The notes under the pieces: generated by a model | The model's database searches: none | What the model was told of the DNA's origin: nothing | The model's input: only the letters and a program-made list of their open reading frames with translations | NCBI GenBank assembly: GCA_964490105.1 | Contig: CAZAZU010000001.1 | Span: forward strand, 155,440-219,439 | Source: an uncultured Gammaproteobacteria bacterium | Lineage (GTDB): Bacteria; Patescibacteriota; Microgenomatia; Levybacterales; UBA12049 | Reading direction: 5' to 3' | DNA length: 64,000 nt | In this document: one piece after another, positions 18,584 through 27,597 of the stretch | Position numbering within the stretch: position 1 is the stretch's first letter | Layout of the letters: every line of letters begins with the position of its first letter | Translations under genes and position numbers: made by a program

Positions 18584-19198
18584 ATGTGTTATAATAGATT
18601 TTTAATGGAAAATCGAAAGATATTTTTTATACTAATTGCTTTTCTTGTAACTCTTTTCTCCGGATTGGTTTTTGTCGCTTCTCAGCAAATATTAAGACTT
18701 ACTGCAAACGATCCTCAGGTTCAAATAACTCAAGACATTTTAAATTCTTTGAGTCAGGGCGCAGATCCGAAACAGCTTTCACCTACTACAGTTGACATGA
18801 CAAAGGCCACAAACCCATTTGTGATAATTTATGATAATAACCAAAAAGCTGTTGGTACAACCGTTGAGCTTGATAAGAAAACTCCTGTTCCTCCAAAAGA
18901 AGCATTCGAAAAAACAAAGAATAATAATGAGAACAGGTTTACATGGGAGCCAAAAAAAGGATTAAGGCAGGCTACTATTATGGTTAAGTATAAAGACGGA
19001 TATGTTGTCGTAGGAAAGAGTCTAAGAGAAATTGATAACAGAATTAAAATGATGCTTCAGCTAGCTGGTGTTGCATGGGTCATGGGAATTGCTGCTACTT
19101 CTCTTGCATTTCTATTTACGAGAACAAAAAGTAAATCCGAAGTCCAGGAAGTAAAAGTTGCAGCTCCTAGAAAATCCGCAAGAAAAGCAAAGAAGTAA
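18584..19198 (+). CDS. membrane protein, hypothetical
   Basis: N- and C-terminal TM helices, Lys-rich tail; probable start at Met8 (18605). Confidence 0.5.
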   Translation: MCYNRFLMENRKIFFILIAFLVTLFSGLVFVASQQILRLTANDPQVQITQDILNSLSQGADPKQLSPTTVDMTKATNPFVIIYDNNQKAVGTTVELDKKTPVPPKEAFEKTKNNNENRFTWEPKKGLRQATIMVKYKDGYVVVGKSLREIDNRIKMMLQLAGVAWVMGIAATSLAFLFTRTKSKSEVQEVKVAAPRKSARKAKK

Positions 19199-19199
19199 A

Positions 19200-19565
19200 T
19201 TAAATTAGAGACCCGTATTTTAAGACAAAATCTGCTGTTTGATTTGAGAGTGAAAGTTTTTGAAGGTCTTTTAATGTAAAGAAGTCTAGCAGCTGATCTT
19301 CCGCCCTTTTTATTTGATTAACATTCTCATCAGTTAATCGCGCGTGATAATACGTATCAGATAAGCATTCGACTTCTTGAATTTTTATTCCCATCTCCTT
19401 CTCTACTCGTTTTACGAGAGTATTTTTAATAGGTTCTTTGCTTTGTTTGTCCCCTGCTATAAACGACCACGCATCTTTTATTTCATCAATTGGACTGGTT
19501 TTCTTATACATTAGAAGAGCTTTGCCTTTATACGTGAGGAGAATTAAGCCTGAAGTTTTATCCAC
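19200..19565 (-). CDS. Nudix-like protein (degenerate Nudix box)
   Basis: AGDKQSKEPIKNTLVKRVEKEMGIK resembles GX5EX7REUXEEXGU with catalytic Glu replaced. Confidence 0.4.
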   Translation of the reverse strand: MDKTSGLILLTYKGKALLMYKKTSPIDEIKDAWSFIAGDKQSKEPIKNTLVKRVEKEMGIKIQEVECLSDTYYHARLTDENVNQIKRAEDQLLDFFTLKDLQKLSLSNQTADFVLKYGSLI

Positions 19566-19626
19566 ATATCCATTATAGTCTTTTTTGAGGTGGAAAGGTT
19601 GAATAGAATTTTATGGATTTTTAAAT

Positions 19627-20292
19627 CTAGTTTTTTGTTAAATTTAACTCGGGTTTTATGAGCAGATACCCAATTATCCAGAATTCACCAATGGTAGCAA
19701 GCATAGGTAGTGTTTCTGTAACCGTTTTAAGGTTAGGAAGTAGAACCAATATAAACGTTGAGATAATATACCCGATTCCACCTAAAATTAAAATCCAACC
19801 TAACGATTTTGGCATCCCTGATTTATATGTAAGGTATCCCATCGGTATTAACCAAAGACCAAAAAATATTCCAGAAACCAGCCATATTGATTCGTGTAAG
19901 TTTAATAAATTATATGCTAAAACAGCTTGATTACCCGCTAAAGATGCATAGAGAGCGGACAGCCACATCGCTGAGGATATGAGTATAGCAATTGCATTTA
20001 TTATCCCAAAAACCGCGATAAGTCCTGAGGAAAAACCGTTAACTTTTTTAAATAGTTTATAAAACCAAACGGCAACTAATGCCTGAAAAATTACGAGAGC
20101 TAATTCTGTAGCTATACCCAAACGAGCCAGGCTTTCTTTTTCAAGTAAATTTGTACTTGTTGCGAGTGTGTTCCCGTCTACATAGATATTGCTTCTGGCA
20201 AACACAAAAACAAATAATCCAGTTAAAGCTAGGCCTAAATATAAAATTCCAGTTATTCTCGTGTCAGTAAAAAATTTAATAATGCTGGTCAC
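19627..20292 (-). CDS. DUF4386-family membrane protein
   Basis: 6 TM helices, FGLWLIPMGYL block typical of DUF4386. Confidence 0.6.
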   Translation of the reverse strand: MTSIIKFFTDTRITGILYLGLALTGLFVFVFARSNIYVDGNTLATSTNLLEKESLARLGIATELALVIFQALVAVWFYKLFKKVNGFSSGLIAVFGIINAIAILISSAMWLSALYASLAGNQAVLAYNLLNLHESIWLVSGIFFGLWLIPMGYLTYKSGMPKSLGWILILGGIGYIISTFILVLLPNLKTVTETLPMLATIGEFWIIGYLLIKPELNLTKN

Positions 20293-20342
20293 CGATCTAA
20301 TTATAGCAGTTCATGCAATTCTGTAGCTTTAGTGAAAGATTG

Positions 20343-20413
20343 CTGCGGGACATGGACTCGAACCATGGTAAACGGATCCAAAGTCCGTTGTCCTACCATT
20401 AGACGATCCCGCA
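20343..20413 (-). tRNA. tRNA-Gln(TTG)
   Basis: U1-A72 acceptor (UGCGGGA/UCCCGCA), anticodon loop CUUUGGA, discriminator G. Confidence 0.8.
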
Positions 20414-20460
20414 ATGGACTTAATTATACCTAAATCAGCCTCATTAAACAAGAAAACTAC

Positions 20461-20838
20461 TTGACTAAAGTATTAAAGGACAATAGTATGAGGTTTATGT
20501 TTTGGTCTGAATTTGCAGATATTCGTAGATGGGTTGGGAATGAACCACCGTCTAATTTACACGCCCGAGGAATAATTGAAGGTAAATTAATAGAGCCTTG
20601 GAATTATCCGATTACTGTTGAATATGATCCAAATGAACCTGCTGAACCTGTGCGCAGAGTTGTTACGAAGCAGGGCTTGGATGGAACAACCTCAAAACAT
20701 GCGTCAACGGGTGAATGTGGTAGGCTTGCGCCAGATGGTAGTACAACTATTATTGATTTTCATGGTGAACCTATGGCTGGAGATCCAGTCAGTCAAAATT
20801 TACGAGCTATTGATCATAGACAAGACCCAGGGCTGTAA
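20461..20838 (+). CDS. hypothetical protein, GC-shifted orphan between tRNA-Gln and tRNA-Leu
   Basis: 125 aa (TTG start; alternative ATG at codon 10 after AAAGGA); Pro/Glu/Gly-rich. Confidence 0.45.
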   Translation: MTKVLKDNSMRFMFWSEFADIRRWVGNEPPSNLHARGIIEGKLIEPWNYPITVEYDPNEPAEPVRRVVTKQGLDGTTSKHASTGECGRLAPDGSTTIIDFHGEPMAGDPVSQNLRAIDHRQDPGL

Positions 20839-20878
20839 GGTTTGTTTAGTGAATCCCCTTTTGTTAGAATATTCCCAA

Positions 20879-20961
20879 GCCGCGGTGGCGAAATGGTAGA
20901 CGCGCAGTGTTCAGAACGCTGTTCCTTCACAGGATTGGAAGTTCGAGTCTTCTCCGCGGTA
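20879..20961 (+). tRNA. tRNA-Leu(CAG)
   Basis: type II tRNA; anticodon loop UUCAGAA; long variable arm; G1-U72. Confidence 0.8.
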
Positions 20962-21120
20962 CTTCGTCATGATTACGACTCGTGTCTTCGTCCCGATTTT
21001 ACCAGGACTTCGACTTTTCGTCGATCATTCCTCTTCAAAATCCTGCGGATTTGAGAAATTGCTTCGCAATTTAGATCGAGGACTTTTTTTCCAGCCTTGG
21101 GAATGATAAAATGACTTTTG

Positions 21121-21205
21121 CGCGGATGTGGTGAAATGGCATACACGCAGCCTTGAGGTGGCTGTGCCCTAAAAAGCGTGGAGGTTCGACTCCTCTCATC
21201 CGCAC
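21121..21205 (+). tRNA. tRNA-Leu(GAG)
   Basis: acceptor GCGGAUG/CAUCCGC; 3-bp D stem; anticodon loop UUGAGGU; long variable arm; encoded CA. Confidence 0.8.
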
Positions 21206-21291
21206 AATTTACCTCTAATTATAATTTGCTTGCTTTGCAAAATTTAATACTGCATAATAACCCCAAGAAGTGCGGATAGGAGGTGATTAAT

Positions 21292-21765
21292 ATGGTTAAA
21301 AAAATATTTTATTCCACATTGGTATTAGCATTTGGGCTATCTATCATGTCAGTTACTCCTAGAAGTGCGTTTGCTACAAATTTTCCATCATGGCATTGGG
21401 AAAAACAAGCAATTAGTTCATATGTAACTATTGATATGCCAGTAGATGATAGATGCGATAATGCATCTCCAGCTTTTAGAGTCACAATTTTTGAAGGTGG
21501 AAATTATACAGGTGCTAGAGCAAGGCTATGTGGATATTGGGACGATTTGTCTCAACTCCCTCAATCTAAAGCAGCAAATGCACCCACTTTTAACAATAGT
21601 GTAAGTTCATATAAAGTTACTTATGTTCCAGGTGGATATGCTATTCAATTTAATTCACTTAAAGACCAGCAAGGAATAGCTTGGGTCAGAGGTGAAGGAA
21701 ATGTAAATGAAGCCGGTGGTGATGTAGACAATATTTTGTCCTCATTAAAAAGGATTAATCCTTAA
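21292..21765 (+). CDS. secreted hypothetical protein
   Basis: SD AGGAGGTGA 7 nt before ATG at 21292 (ORF track starts 21283); signal peptide. Confidence 0.6.
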   Translation: MVKKIFYSTLVLAFGLSIMSVTPRSAFATNFPSWHWEKQAISSYVTIDMPVDDRCDNASPAFRVTIFEGGNYTGARARLCGYWDDLSQLPQSKAANAPTFNNSVSSYKVTYVPGGYAIQFNSLKDQQGIAWVRGEGNVNEAGGDVDNILSSLKRINP

Positions 21766-21858
21766 AAGAGTTTAAAAGAGTGGTGTTTTTAAATTGAATA
21801 ATTTAAGACCCACTCTTTTAATTGATATTAGCTTCAGAATGAATTATAATTGGCTCAT

Positions 21859-21934
21859 TGGACGGTTAGCTCAGCTGGTAGAGCGTCGCATTTACACTGC
21901 GAATGTCGCGAGTTCGATCCTTGCACCGTCCACC
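21859..21934 (+). tRNA. tRNA-Val(TAC)
   Basis: GGACGGU/ACCGUCC acceptor, anticodon loop UUUACAC, encoded CCA. Confidence 0.85.
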
Positions 21935-21935
21935 A

Positions 21936-22008
21936 CGCTGAGGTAGCCAAGGTGGTCAAGGCACCTGTCTGAAGAACAGGCTATATGTGTTCGACTCACA
22001 TCCTCAGC
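21936..22008 (+). tRNA. tRNA-Phe(GAA)
   Basis: acceptor GCUGAGG/CCUCAGC, anticodon loop CUGAAGA, T-loop UUCGACU; starts 2 nt after tRNA-Val. Confidence 0.7.
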
Positions 22009-22056
22009 ACTGAAGAATTGTAAGTTTTTCTGCATAAGCATTTCATCCAAGCGTAA

Positions 22057-22073
22057 CCCCCCCCTTTTTTTTT
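22057..22073. repeat. homopolymer tract C8 T9
   Basis: aaCCCCCCCCTTTTTTTTTat read directly; about 40 nt upstream of the -35 of the surface-protein promoter. Confidence 0.9.
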
Positions 22074-22105
22074 ATATTATTAAAATTATCCCATAATATT
22101 ACCGC

Positions 22106-22134
22106 TTGACATATATTGATACTGTCTGTATAAT
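22106..22134 (+). promoter_or_regulatory. consensus sigma70-type promoter TTGACA-17-TATAAT
   Basis: TTGACAtatattgatactgtctgTATAAT about 40 nt upstream of ORF 22173. Confidence 0.55.
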
Positions 22135-22172
22135 TCCGATTCACTTATAGTAAATCGCTATAAGACTGACAA

Positions 22173-23027
22173 ATGACAGAAACAAAACAGCTTTTATCAA
22201 TATTTGCAGGAACTACACTGGTAGCTTTTACGGCTTTCCAAACTGCATCTATGACTAGTGTTTCAGCTACTTATGGTGGCGGAGATAACTGTAATCAGGA
22301 AACAACTTATACAGTAGATGAAGACGATGAGTCACATTTGTCATTTTCAGAAACAAGTAACCGAGTAGATGTAGATTTTAATGGTAATAATGATGATAGA
22401 AATCAAGCAATTATTACAGCAGGGTCTGGTTATCAAATAATTACCGTTAGATATGATAATGAAACGAGTAATACTAATTGGATTAATTTTTCAGTTTCAA
22501 ATCCCGTCACGACTATAAATTTAGCTGGAACATCTGATACAACAAGAATCGATAAGGTAGAGGTAAAAGTTAAGAAAGTTTGTGCTACTCCAACTGTCAC
22601 TCCAACTGTTACACCAAGGCCAACTACAGCACCTACTCAAGCGCCAACAGCTATACCGACAGCAGTTCCTACCGTAGTACCAACTACAGCACCTACAGCC
22701 GTTCCAACTGCAGTGCCAACAAGTATCCCATCTATATCACCAGTTCCCACGAATATAATTGAACAGGATGTAAATCCAACTATAACAACTGCTCCAACAG
22801 CTACGCTTACACCAACCGTAACTCCTACTGATACTCCAAGTCAGGGTGGAACATCAAATAATAACAGCTCTTCAAACAATAATTCATCTAATAATGAAGT
22901 AAAAGTTGCTGGAATCAGCGCTTTAGCTTCAACTGGTGGAATAATTGATAGCTTAATGAACTCAGTGTTTGTATCAGGTCTTCTTACCTTTGCGTTTGGT
23001 TTAAAACGTCATGGTAAAAAAAGCTAA
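22173..23027 (+). CDS. cell-surface protein with PT-rich repeats and C-terminal LAxTG-type sorting signal
   Basis: signal peptide; (PTxxPT)n linker; C-term LASTGG + hydrophobic segment + KRHGKKS tail. Confidence 0.7.
   Translation: MTETKQLLSIFAGTTLVAFTAFQTASMTSVSATYGGGDNCNQETTYTVDEDDESHLSFSETSNRVDVDFNGNNDDRNQAIITAGSGYQIITVRYDNETSNTNWINFSVSNPVTTINLAGTSDTTRIDKVEVKVKKVCATPTVTPTVTPRPTTAPTQAPTAIPTAVPTVVPTTAPTAVPTAVPTSIPSISPVPTNIIEQDVNPTITTAPTATLTPTVTPTDTPSQGGTSNNNSSSNNNSSNNEVKVAGISALASTGGIIDSLMNSVFVSGLLTFAFGLKRHGKKS
22590..22760 (+). repeat. in-frame Pro/Thr/Ala/Val tandem coding repeats
   Basis: ACNCCAAC-type codon repeats encoding PTVTPTVTPRPTTAPTQAPTAIPTAVPT... Confidence 0.6.
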
Positions 23028-23568
23028 GCCTAAGAAAGGCAAAAGTCTCCTTCTTCCCCGTCTCATAATTGTCCTAGGAATACTCCTGATGATTTTTTCA
23101 ATATTCTGGAAAATTGATCAAGGCAGTCTTGGATTTAAGAATCAACCGACTCCAATTAGGCAGTTAAATCATGACAGTAAAAAACCTTTAAGCCTTAAAA
23201 TTACAAATGCCAAAATAAGTCTAAATATCGAAGAGAGCGAAATAGTGAATGGCAACTGGGAAGTAAGCAGGCACGGAGTATCTCATTTAAACACTTCTTC
23301 CATACCTGGAAACAGAGGAAATATTGTTATTTACGGCCACAATAAATCAAATATATTGGGTTCATTAGATTCTGTAGAAATTGGCGATGAAATAATAATT
23401 ACAACCAGAAATAATGAAAATCATAAATATGTGGTTAGATCTATTGAAGTGGTCTCCCCTTCTAGGGTAGATGTGATTAATCCTACAGAAATAGAAGTTT
23501 TAACAATTTATACGTGTACAGGATTTTTAGACTCAAAAAGACTTGTAGTGAAAGCAGAACCAGTTTAA
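23011..23568 (+). CDS. sortase (class E/A-like)
   Basis: N-terminal TM, catalytic His (IYGHN), TLxTC motif (LTIYTCTG); overlaps upstream substrate gene by 17 nt. Confidence 0.8.
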   Translation: MVKKAKPKKGKSLLLPRLIIVLGILLMIFSIFWKIDQGSLGFKNQPTPIRQLNHDSKKPLSLKITNAKISLNIEESEIVNGNWEVSRHGVSHLNTSSIPGNRGNIVIYGHNKSNILGSLDSVEIGDEIIITTRNNENHKYVVRSIEVVSPSRVDVINPTEIEVLTIYTCTGFLDSKRLVVKAEPV

Positions 23569-23570
23569 CT

Positions 23571-24446
23571 ATGGTAGCGGATAGAGAAAAACCTCAGGAA
23601 TTAGATAGATTAATTAGCGCATATACTTCAAATGAAGGAGCTGGAATCACTAATGTTGAGCAGGGGCTGTGGGGGTCTCACCATGGTGAACTAGCAATCG
23701 CGGCAGTGGGATTAGCTAGAAGATTTAATGGATATGAATCACTCGATCCAGGACTCACTCGTGAAGTTTATGACGTTATTTCTGATCAGCCTATTTCTAG
23801 CGGTTATCCTCGTATTTATACTATGTTTCATGACTGCACGACATTAGAAGAAGTTAGGGCAAAGCTAGATGTTATGAAGAGACTTTCTCAGGGGCAACCA
23901 GTAAGACTTGAATCTGATGCATTTCCATTTAGAGCATTTGATTTTGGAGAAAGATATCCAGTTGATTTTAAGGAAGGAAGCTATGAGGCGCAGTGGGGTT
24001 TTGGAATTCAATTAAGTGATCGTAGCTATCCCTATGCAGGAAAAGAGCTTATGGCAGTAGAAGGAAGACTTCATACGCATACAAATGTTCTAAATATTCA
24101 AGGAGGCCGACATAAAGCTGATCTAGTCCAGGATTTTAAAGATAGATTTGGAATTCATCCAGCAAATTTACTGTTATTAATGTATTTAAGAATTGGGCAA
24201 ATTTTAGGACACGATAGAGTAGAGATTGCAGGTAAAACAGACAGAGAATATAACAGAAGAGAAGTTGAAAGCACCCTTTATGATATTCCTAGAAATTATT
24301 TTAGATTAAGAATTGATCCAGAGACAGGAAGATATCGATTTGACGGTGCTACTCGAGATAGAATTCTTGAAAAGTTTTTAGGGAAAGCGCCCTTTTTAGC
24401 GGAGGCTTTTGGAAAACTTGACGCTTATCTAGCTAGCTCTCGATGA
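23571..24446 (+). CDS. hypothetical protein (mildly GC-shifted)
   Basis: about 292 aa from ATG at 23571 immediately after sortase stop (ORF track extends to 23514); no recognisable motif. Confidence 0.5.
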   Translation: MVADREKPQELDRLISAYTSNEGAGITNVEQGLWGSHHGELAIAAVGLARRFNGYESLDPGLTREVYDVISDQPISSGYPRIYTMFHDCTTLEEVRAKLDVMKRLSQGQPVRLESDAFPFRAFDFGERYPVDFKEGSYEAQWGFGIQLSDRSYPYAGKELMAVEGRLHTHTNVLNIQGGRHKADLVQDFKDRFGIHPANLLLLMYLRIGQILGHDRVEIAGKTDREYNRREVESTLYDIPRNYFRLRIDPETGRYRFDGATRDRILEKFLGKAPFLAEAFGKLDAYLASSR

Positions 24447-25716
24447 GGTCTGATTTTGGTTTTTCTCTGCGTGCAAGATATATAAACGGAAGTGCAGCCC
24501 ACTGAAATACTGAAGAAGTTAAATAAGACGCCGGATATCCATTATTATCCGCTACTTTTCCTAGTGCAGGCTGAATGCCAACTGCTCCGCCGGAGCCAAG
24601 TAAGGAGTCAAATGAAAGAACTGTCGCTCTTTGTTCACTTGGGATTAAACCATTGAGATAAGCTTGGCGTATCGGGCCAATCGCCGCGAATAATAAACCC
24701 CAAATAAAAATAAGTCCTATTGCGCCGTAAAAATTATCAACTTGTGATACCAGAACTAAAATAAGTCCTGTCAGGAAGGTTCCTAAGAAAATTGCTGAGG
24801 TTCTCTTTTTAAACAATTTTCTGATTCTTGAGGCCAATATACCACCAGCTATTTGTGAAAGTCCAGTGAGCGCAGCAATTATTCCGGCAATAGCGTAAGC
24901 TGTCTCATCACCATAAAGTTCAAGTAGAAAAGGCTGAAGTGCATAGAAAACATAAAAACTAACCCCGGTGGCAAATGGGGCTGTAAGCATGATCCAGCGA
25001 ACTGGTGGATTTTTTATACCAAGATCAATTGATTTATTAAAAATCTTTTTCATTTCATGAATTGGATTTTTTGGTCTAGAAGGAGTAAAACCCAAATCCT
25101 GCATGAGAACAAATGCCATCGCAAAATTAATCATTAAAACTGCAGATCTTAAGATATATGGAACTCCTAAATTTGAATATTGAGCAATAAGTCCTCCAGC
25201 AATTGCTCCGGTCAGCATAGCAGCGCCACCTACCATTTGCCCTTTTGCGAAAACGCTTTCTAAGCTTCCTTTGAAATTTGTAGCTTTAAGTGCATCCACA
25301 AGCCAAGCCTCAGTTGCGCCAGAAAAAAAAGTATAACCAAGACCAAGTATCATAGATGAAAGTGCCCATCCCCAGAAAGGACCCTGAATCTGCCACATAT
25401 ATAGGTATAAGACTGTAGAAATGGCCAGTGTTAAGGCTCCTAAGAGGTAGCTTAGGCGCCTTCCGTAGGTGTCAGCTATAATGCCAGTCGGAACCTCAAA
25501 AATGACATATCCTACAGAGTAAAATGCATTTGCTAGAAAAGCCTGGAAATTTGAAAGCCCAGCATTGAGCAAGAATATTGTGTTTATTCCCCATATAAAA
25601 CTCGTAGCTAAGGTATTGCCTCCAACTAAATATAAATAAATTGTTTGGATATTTGTTGGTTTTTTAAGAAGTTTTAACACTACTTCTTTAATATAGATTT
25701 TTTTTCTTTGTGTCAA
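24433..25716 (-). CDS. MFS transporter
   Basis: about 12 TM helices, GRR motif between TM2 and TM3. Confidence 0.8.
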   Translation of the reverse strand: MTQRKKIYIKEVVLKLLKKPTNIQTIYLYLVGGNTLATSFIWGINTIFLLNAGLSNFQAFLANAFYSVGYVIFEVPTGIIADTYGRRLSYLLGALTLAISTVLYLYMWQIQGPFWGWALSSMILGLGYTFFSGATEAWLVDALKATNFKGSLESVFAKGQMVGGAAMLTGAIAGGLIAQYSNLGVPYILRSAVLMINFAMAFVLMQDLGFTPSRPKNPIHEMKKIFNKSIDLGIKNPPVRWIMLTAPFATGVSFYVFYALQPFLLELYGDETAYAIAGIIAALTGLSQIAGGILASRIRKLFKKRTSAIFLGTFLTGLILVLVSQVDNFYGAIGLIFIWGLLFAAIGPIRQAYLNGLIPSEQRATVLSFDSLLGSGGAVGIQPALGKVADNNGYPASYLTSSVFQWAALPFIYLARREKPKSDLIES

Positions 25717-25754
25717 CGAGCAATTGAAATCTAGTGATATAATAGGTTTTCCAA

Positions 25755-26879
25755 ATGATTAATCCTGTAAGATCGGCGTTTGGTAAAAAATATTATCCTC
25801 TTAATGAAATAGAGATCTCCAAAACCGCGCTCCTTTATAACTATAAATACTTAAAAAAACTTTCCAAAGTACCAGTTGCTCCAGTTTTAAAAAGTAACGC
25901 ATATGGACATGGGATAGAAATAGTTGGAAAAATTTTAGATGCAGTTGCTCCCCCTCTAATTTGCGTTGACAGCATTTATGAAGCCTATCAGTTACTAAAT
26001 GCGAAAGTTAAAACCAAAGTTCTTGTAATGGGATATGTAGGCAGTGAAAATTTAAGTGTTAAAAAGCTCCCTTTTTCCTTCGCGGTTTACACTTATGAAA
26101 TGTTAGAGAATATTAAAAATTTTCAACCGAATGCGCCTGTGCATATTTTTGTAGACAGCGGAATGCACAGAGAGGGAGTGCCTATGGATGAGCTTTCAAA
26201 TTTTTTAAAGAAAGCAAAAAGTTTGAATTTAAATATGGAAGGAATCATGTCTCATTTTGCAAAACCGCAGTCCCCCTCAAATGTTAAGACTAAGAATCAA
26301 GTTGATAATTTCGAGAAAGCAATTGAGCTGGGAAAAACTTTCGGAATTAACTTTAAATTCATTCATTTATTTGCATCAAATGGCATAAGAAATATTGAAA
26401 ATTATAAAAGAGTTGATAATTTAACTAGGAGCGGAAAGGCGCTTTATGGAATTGACGTTGAGATAAACAGCAAAAAATTAAAACCCGTTCTAACTCTTAA
26501 CTCTACGATAGTACAAATTAAAAAACTAAATAAGGGAGAAGCGGTTGGCTATGATTTTATTTTTAAGGCACCTCGCGATATGATAACTGCTATTCTTCCG
26601 ATTGGATATAACGATGGAGTGAACAGGAGGCTTTCGAATAAAGGTTTTGTAAAAGTAAACGGAAAGTTCGCACAAATAATTGGAAGAGTTAGTATGAATA
26701 TTACTGTAATTGATGTGACAGATATTAAAGATGTTAGGGTTGGACAAAAAGTAAATATTTACTCAAATGATCCCATGGATAGAAATTGTGTTTATAATGT
26801 AGCAGAAATAACCGAAACTATCCCCTATGAAATTTTAACTCACTTAAATCCCTCGACAAAAAGGATCACAATTACTTAA
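25755..26879 (+). CDS. alr: alanine racemase
   Basis: PLP motif VLKSNAYGHGI; FVDSGMHREG; GRVSMN. Confidence 0.9.
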   Translation: MINPVRSAFGKKYYPLNEIEISKTALLYNYKYLKKLSKVPVAPVLKSNAYGHGIEIVGKILDAVAPPLICVDSIYEAYQLLNAKVKTKVLVMGYVGSENLSVKKLPFSFAVYTYEMLENIKNFQPNAPVHIFVDSGMHREGVPMDELSNFLKKAKSLNLNMEGIMSHFAKPQSPSNVKTKNQVDNFEKAIELGKTFGINFKFIHLFASNGIRNIENYKRVDNLTRSGKALYGIDVEINSKKLKPVLTLNSTIVQIKKLNKGEAVGYDFIFKAPRDMITAILPIGYNDGVNRRLSNKGFVKVNGKFAQIIGRVSMNITVIDVTDIKDVRVGQKVNIYSNDPMDRNCVYNVAEITETIPYEILTHLNPSTKRITIT

Positions 26880-27597
26880 CGGCATTTTTTAGTTGTTCTA
26901 TTTCATTTGGAGTTAGCGCTCTATAGTCTCCTTCCTTAAGACTCCCTATTTTTATCGGACCAAATTGTATGCGTTTGAGATCCGTCAATTCTAAAAAAAT
27001 AGCTTGGCACATTCTTCTAATTTGGCGATATCTGCCTTCAAAAATTTCCATTTCAAGATATGTAATTCTCTCTCTTTGTTTTACGAGTTTTACTTTTGCA
27101 GGCTGAGTAATTCCGTCAGTTAGAATTATTCCATTTCTTAGTTTATTCATTTTTTCTTCGCTCACATTCCCATTTATTGTAAGTAAATATTTTTTAGGAA
27201 CATGAAATTTAGGATGTGTTGATTTGTGAGTTAATTCTCCATCGTTTGTTAGAAGGATTAATCCATGAGTATCTTTATCAAGACGTCCAACAGGATAAAT
27301 TCTATGAGGAGTGTCGATTAGATCTGTAACATTTGTTCTGTCATATTCATCTGAGGAAGTTGAAATAATTCCTTTTGGTTTGTTAAGTAGAAAATAAACA
27401 GAGGAAGCTTTTTTAATTTTCTTATTATTAATTCTTACATCGTCGTAGTCTACGTCAATTCTGGTTCCGGATTCTCTAACTCTTTTTCCATTAACTGTAA
27501 CGTTTTCATTTTTTAGGAATTGTTTAATACCCCGACGTGATGCAATACCGTTATTTGCTAAAAACTTATCAAGTCTTTGTGTAATGTTTTCTTCCAC
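26872..27597 (-). CDS. pseudouridine synthase (RsuA/RluB family)
   Basis: S4 domain N-term; catalytic VGRLDKDTHGLILLTNDG. Confidence 0.85.
   Translation of the reverse strand: MEENITQRLDKFLANNGIASRRGIKQFLKNENVTVNGKRVRESGTRIDVDYDDVRINNKKIKKASSVYFLLNKPKGIISTSSDEYDRTNVTDLIDTPHRIYPVGRLDKDTHGLILLTNDGELTHKSTHPKFHVPKKYLLTINGNVSEEKMNKLRNGIILTDGITQPAKVKLVKQRERITYLEMEIFEGRYRQIRRMCQAIFLELTDLKRIQFGPIKIGSLKEGDYRALTPNEIEQLKNAVK

Noticed and set aside
20842-21054. ORFs overlapping tRNA genes (20842..21054, 39862..40112, 41618..41894, 14953..15405, 12354..12554)
   Set aside because: They read through tRNA sequences, which explains the stop-free stretch. Judged not coding.
22580-22762. ORF 22580..22762 and the nucleotide-level repeats in this region as a possible CRISPR or non-coding repeat array
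   Set aside because: The repeats are in-frame PT codon repeats of the surface protein. They lack the spacer/repeat regularity and length of CRISPR.
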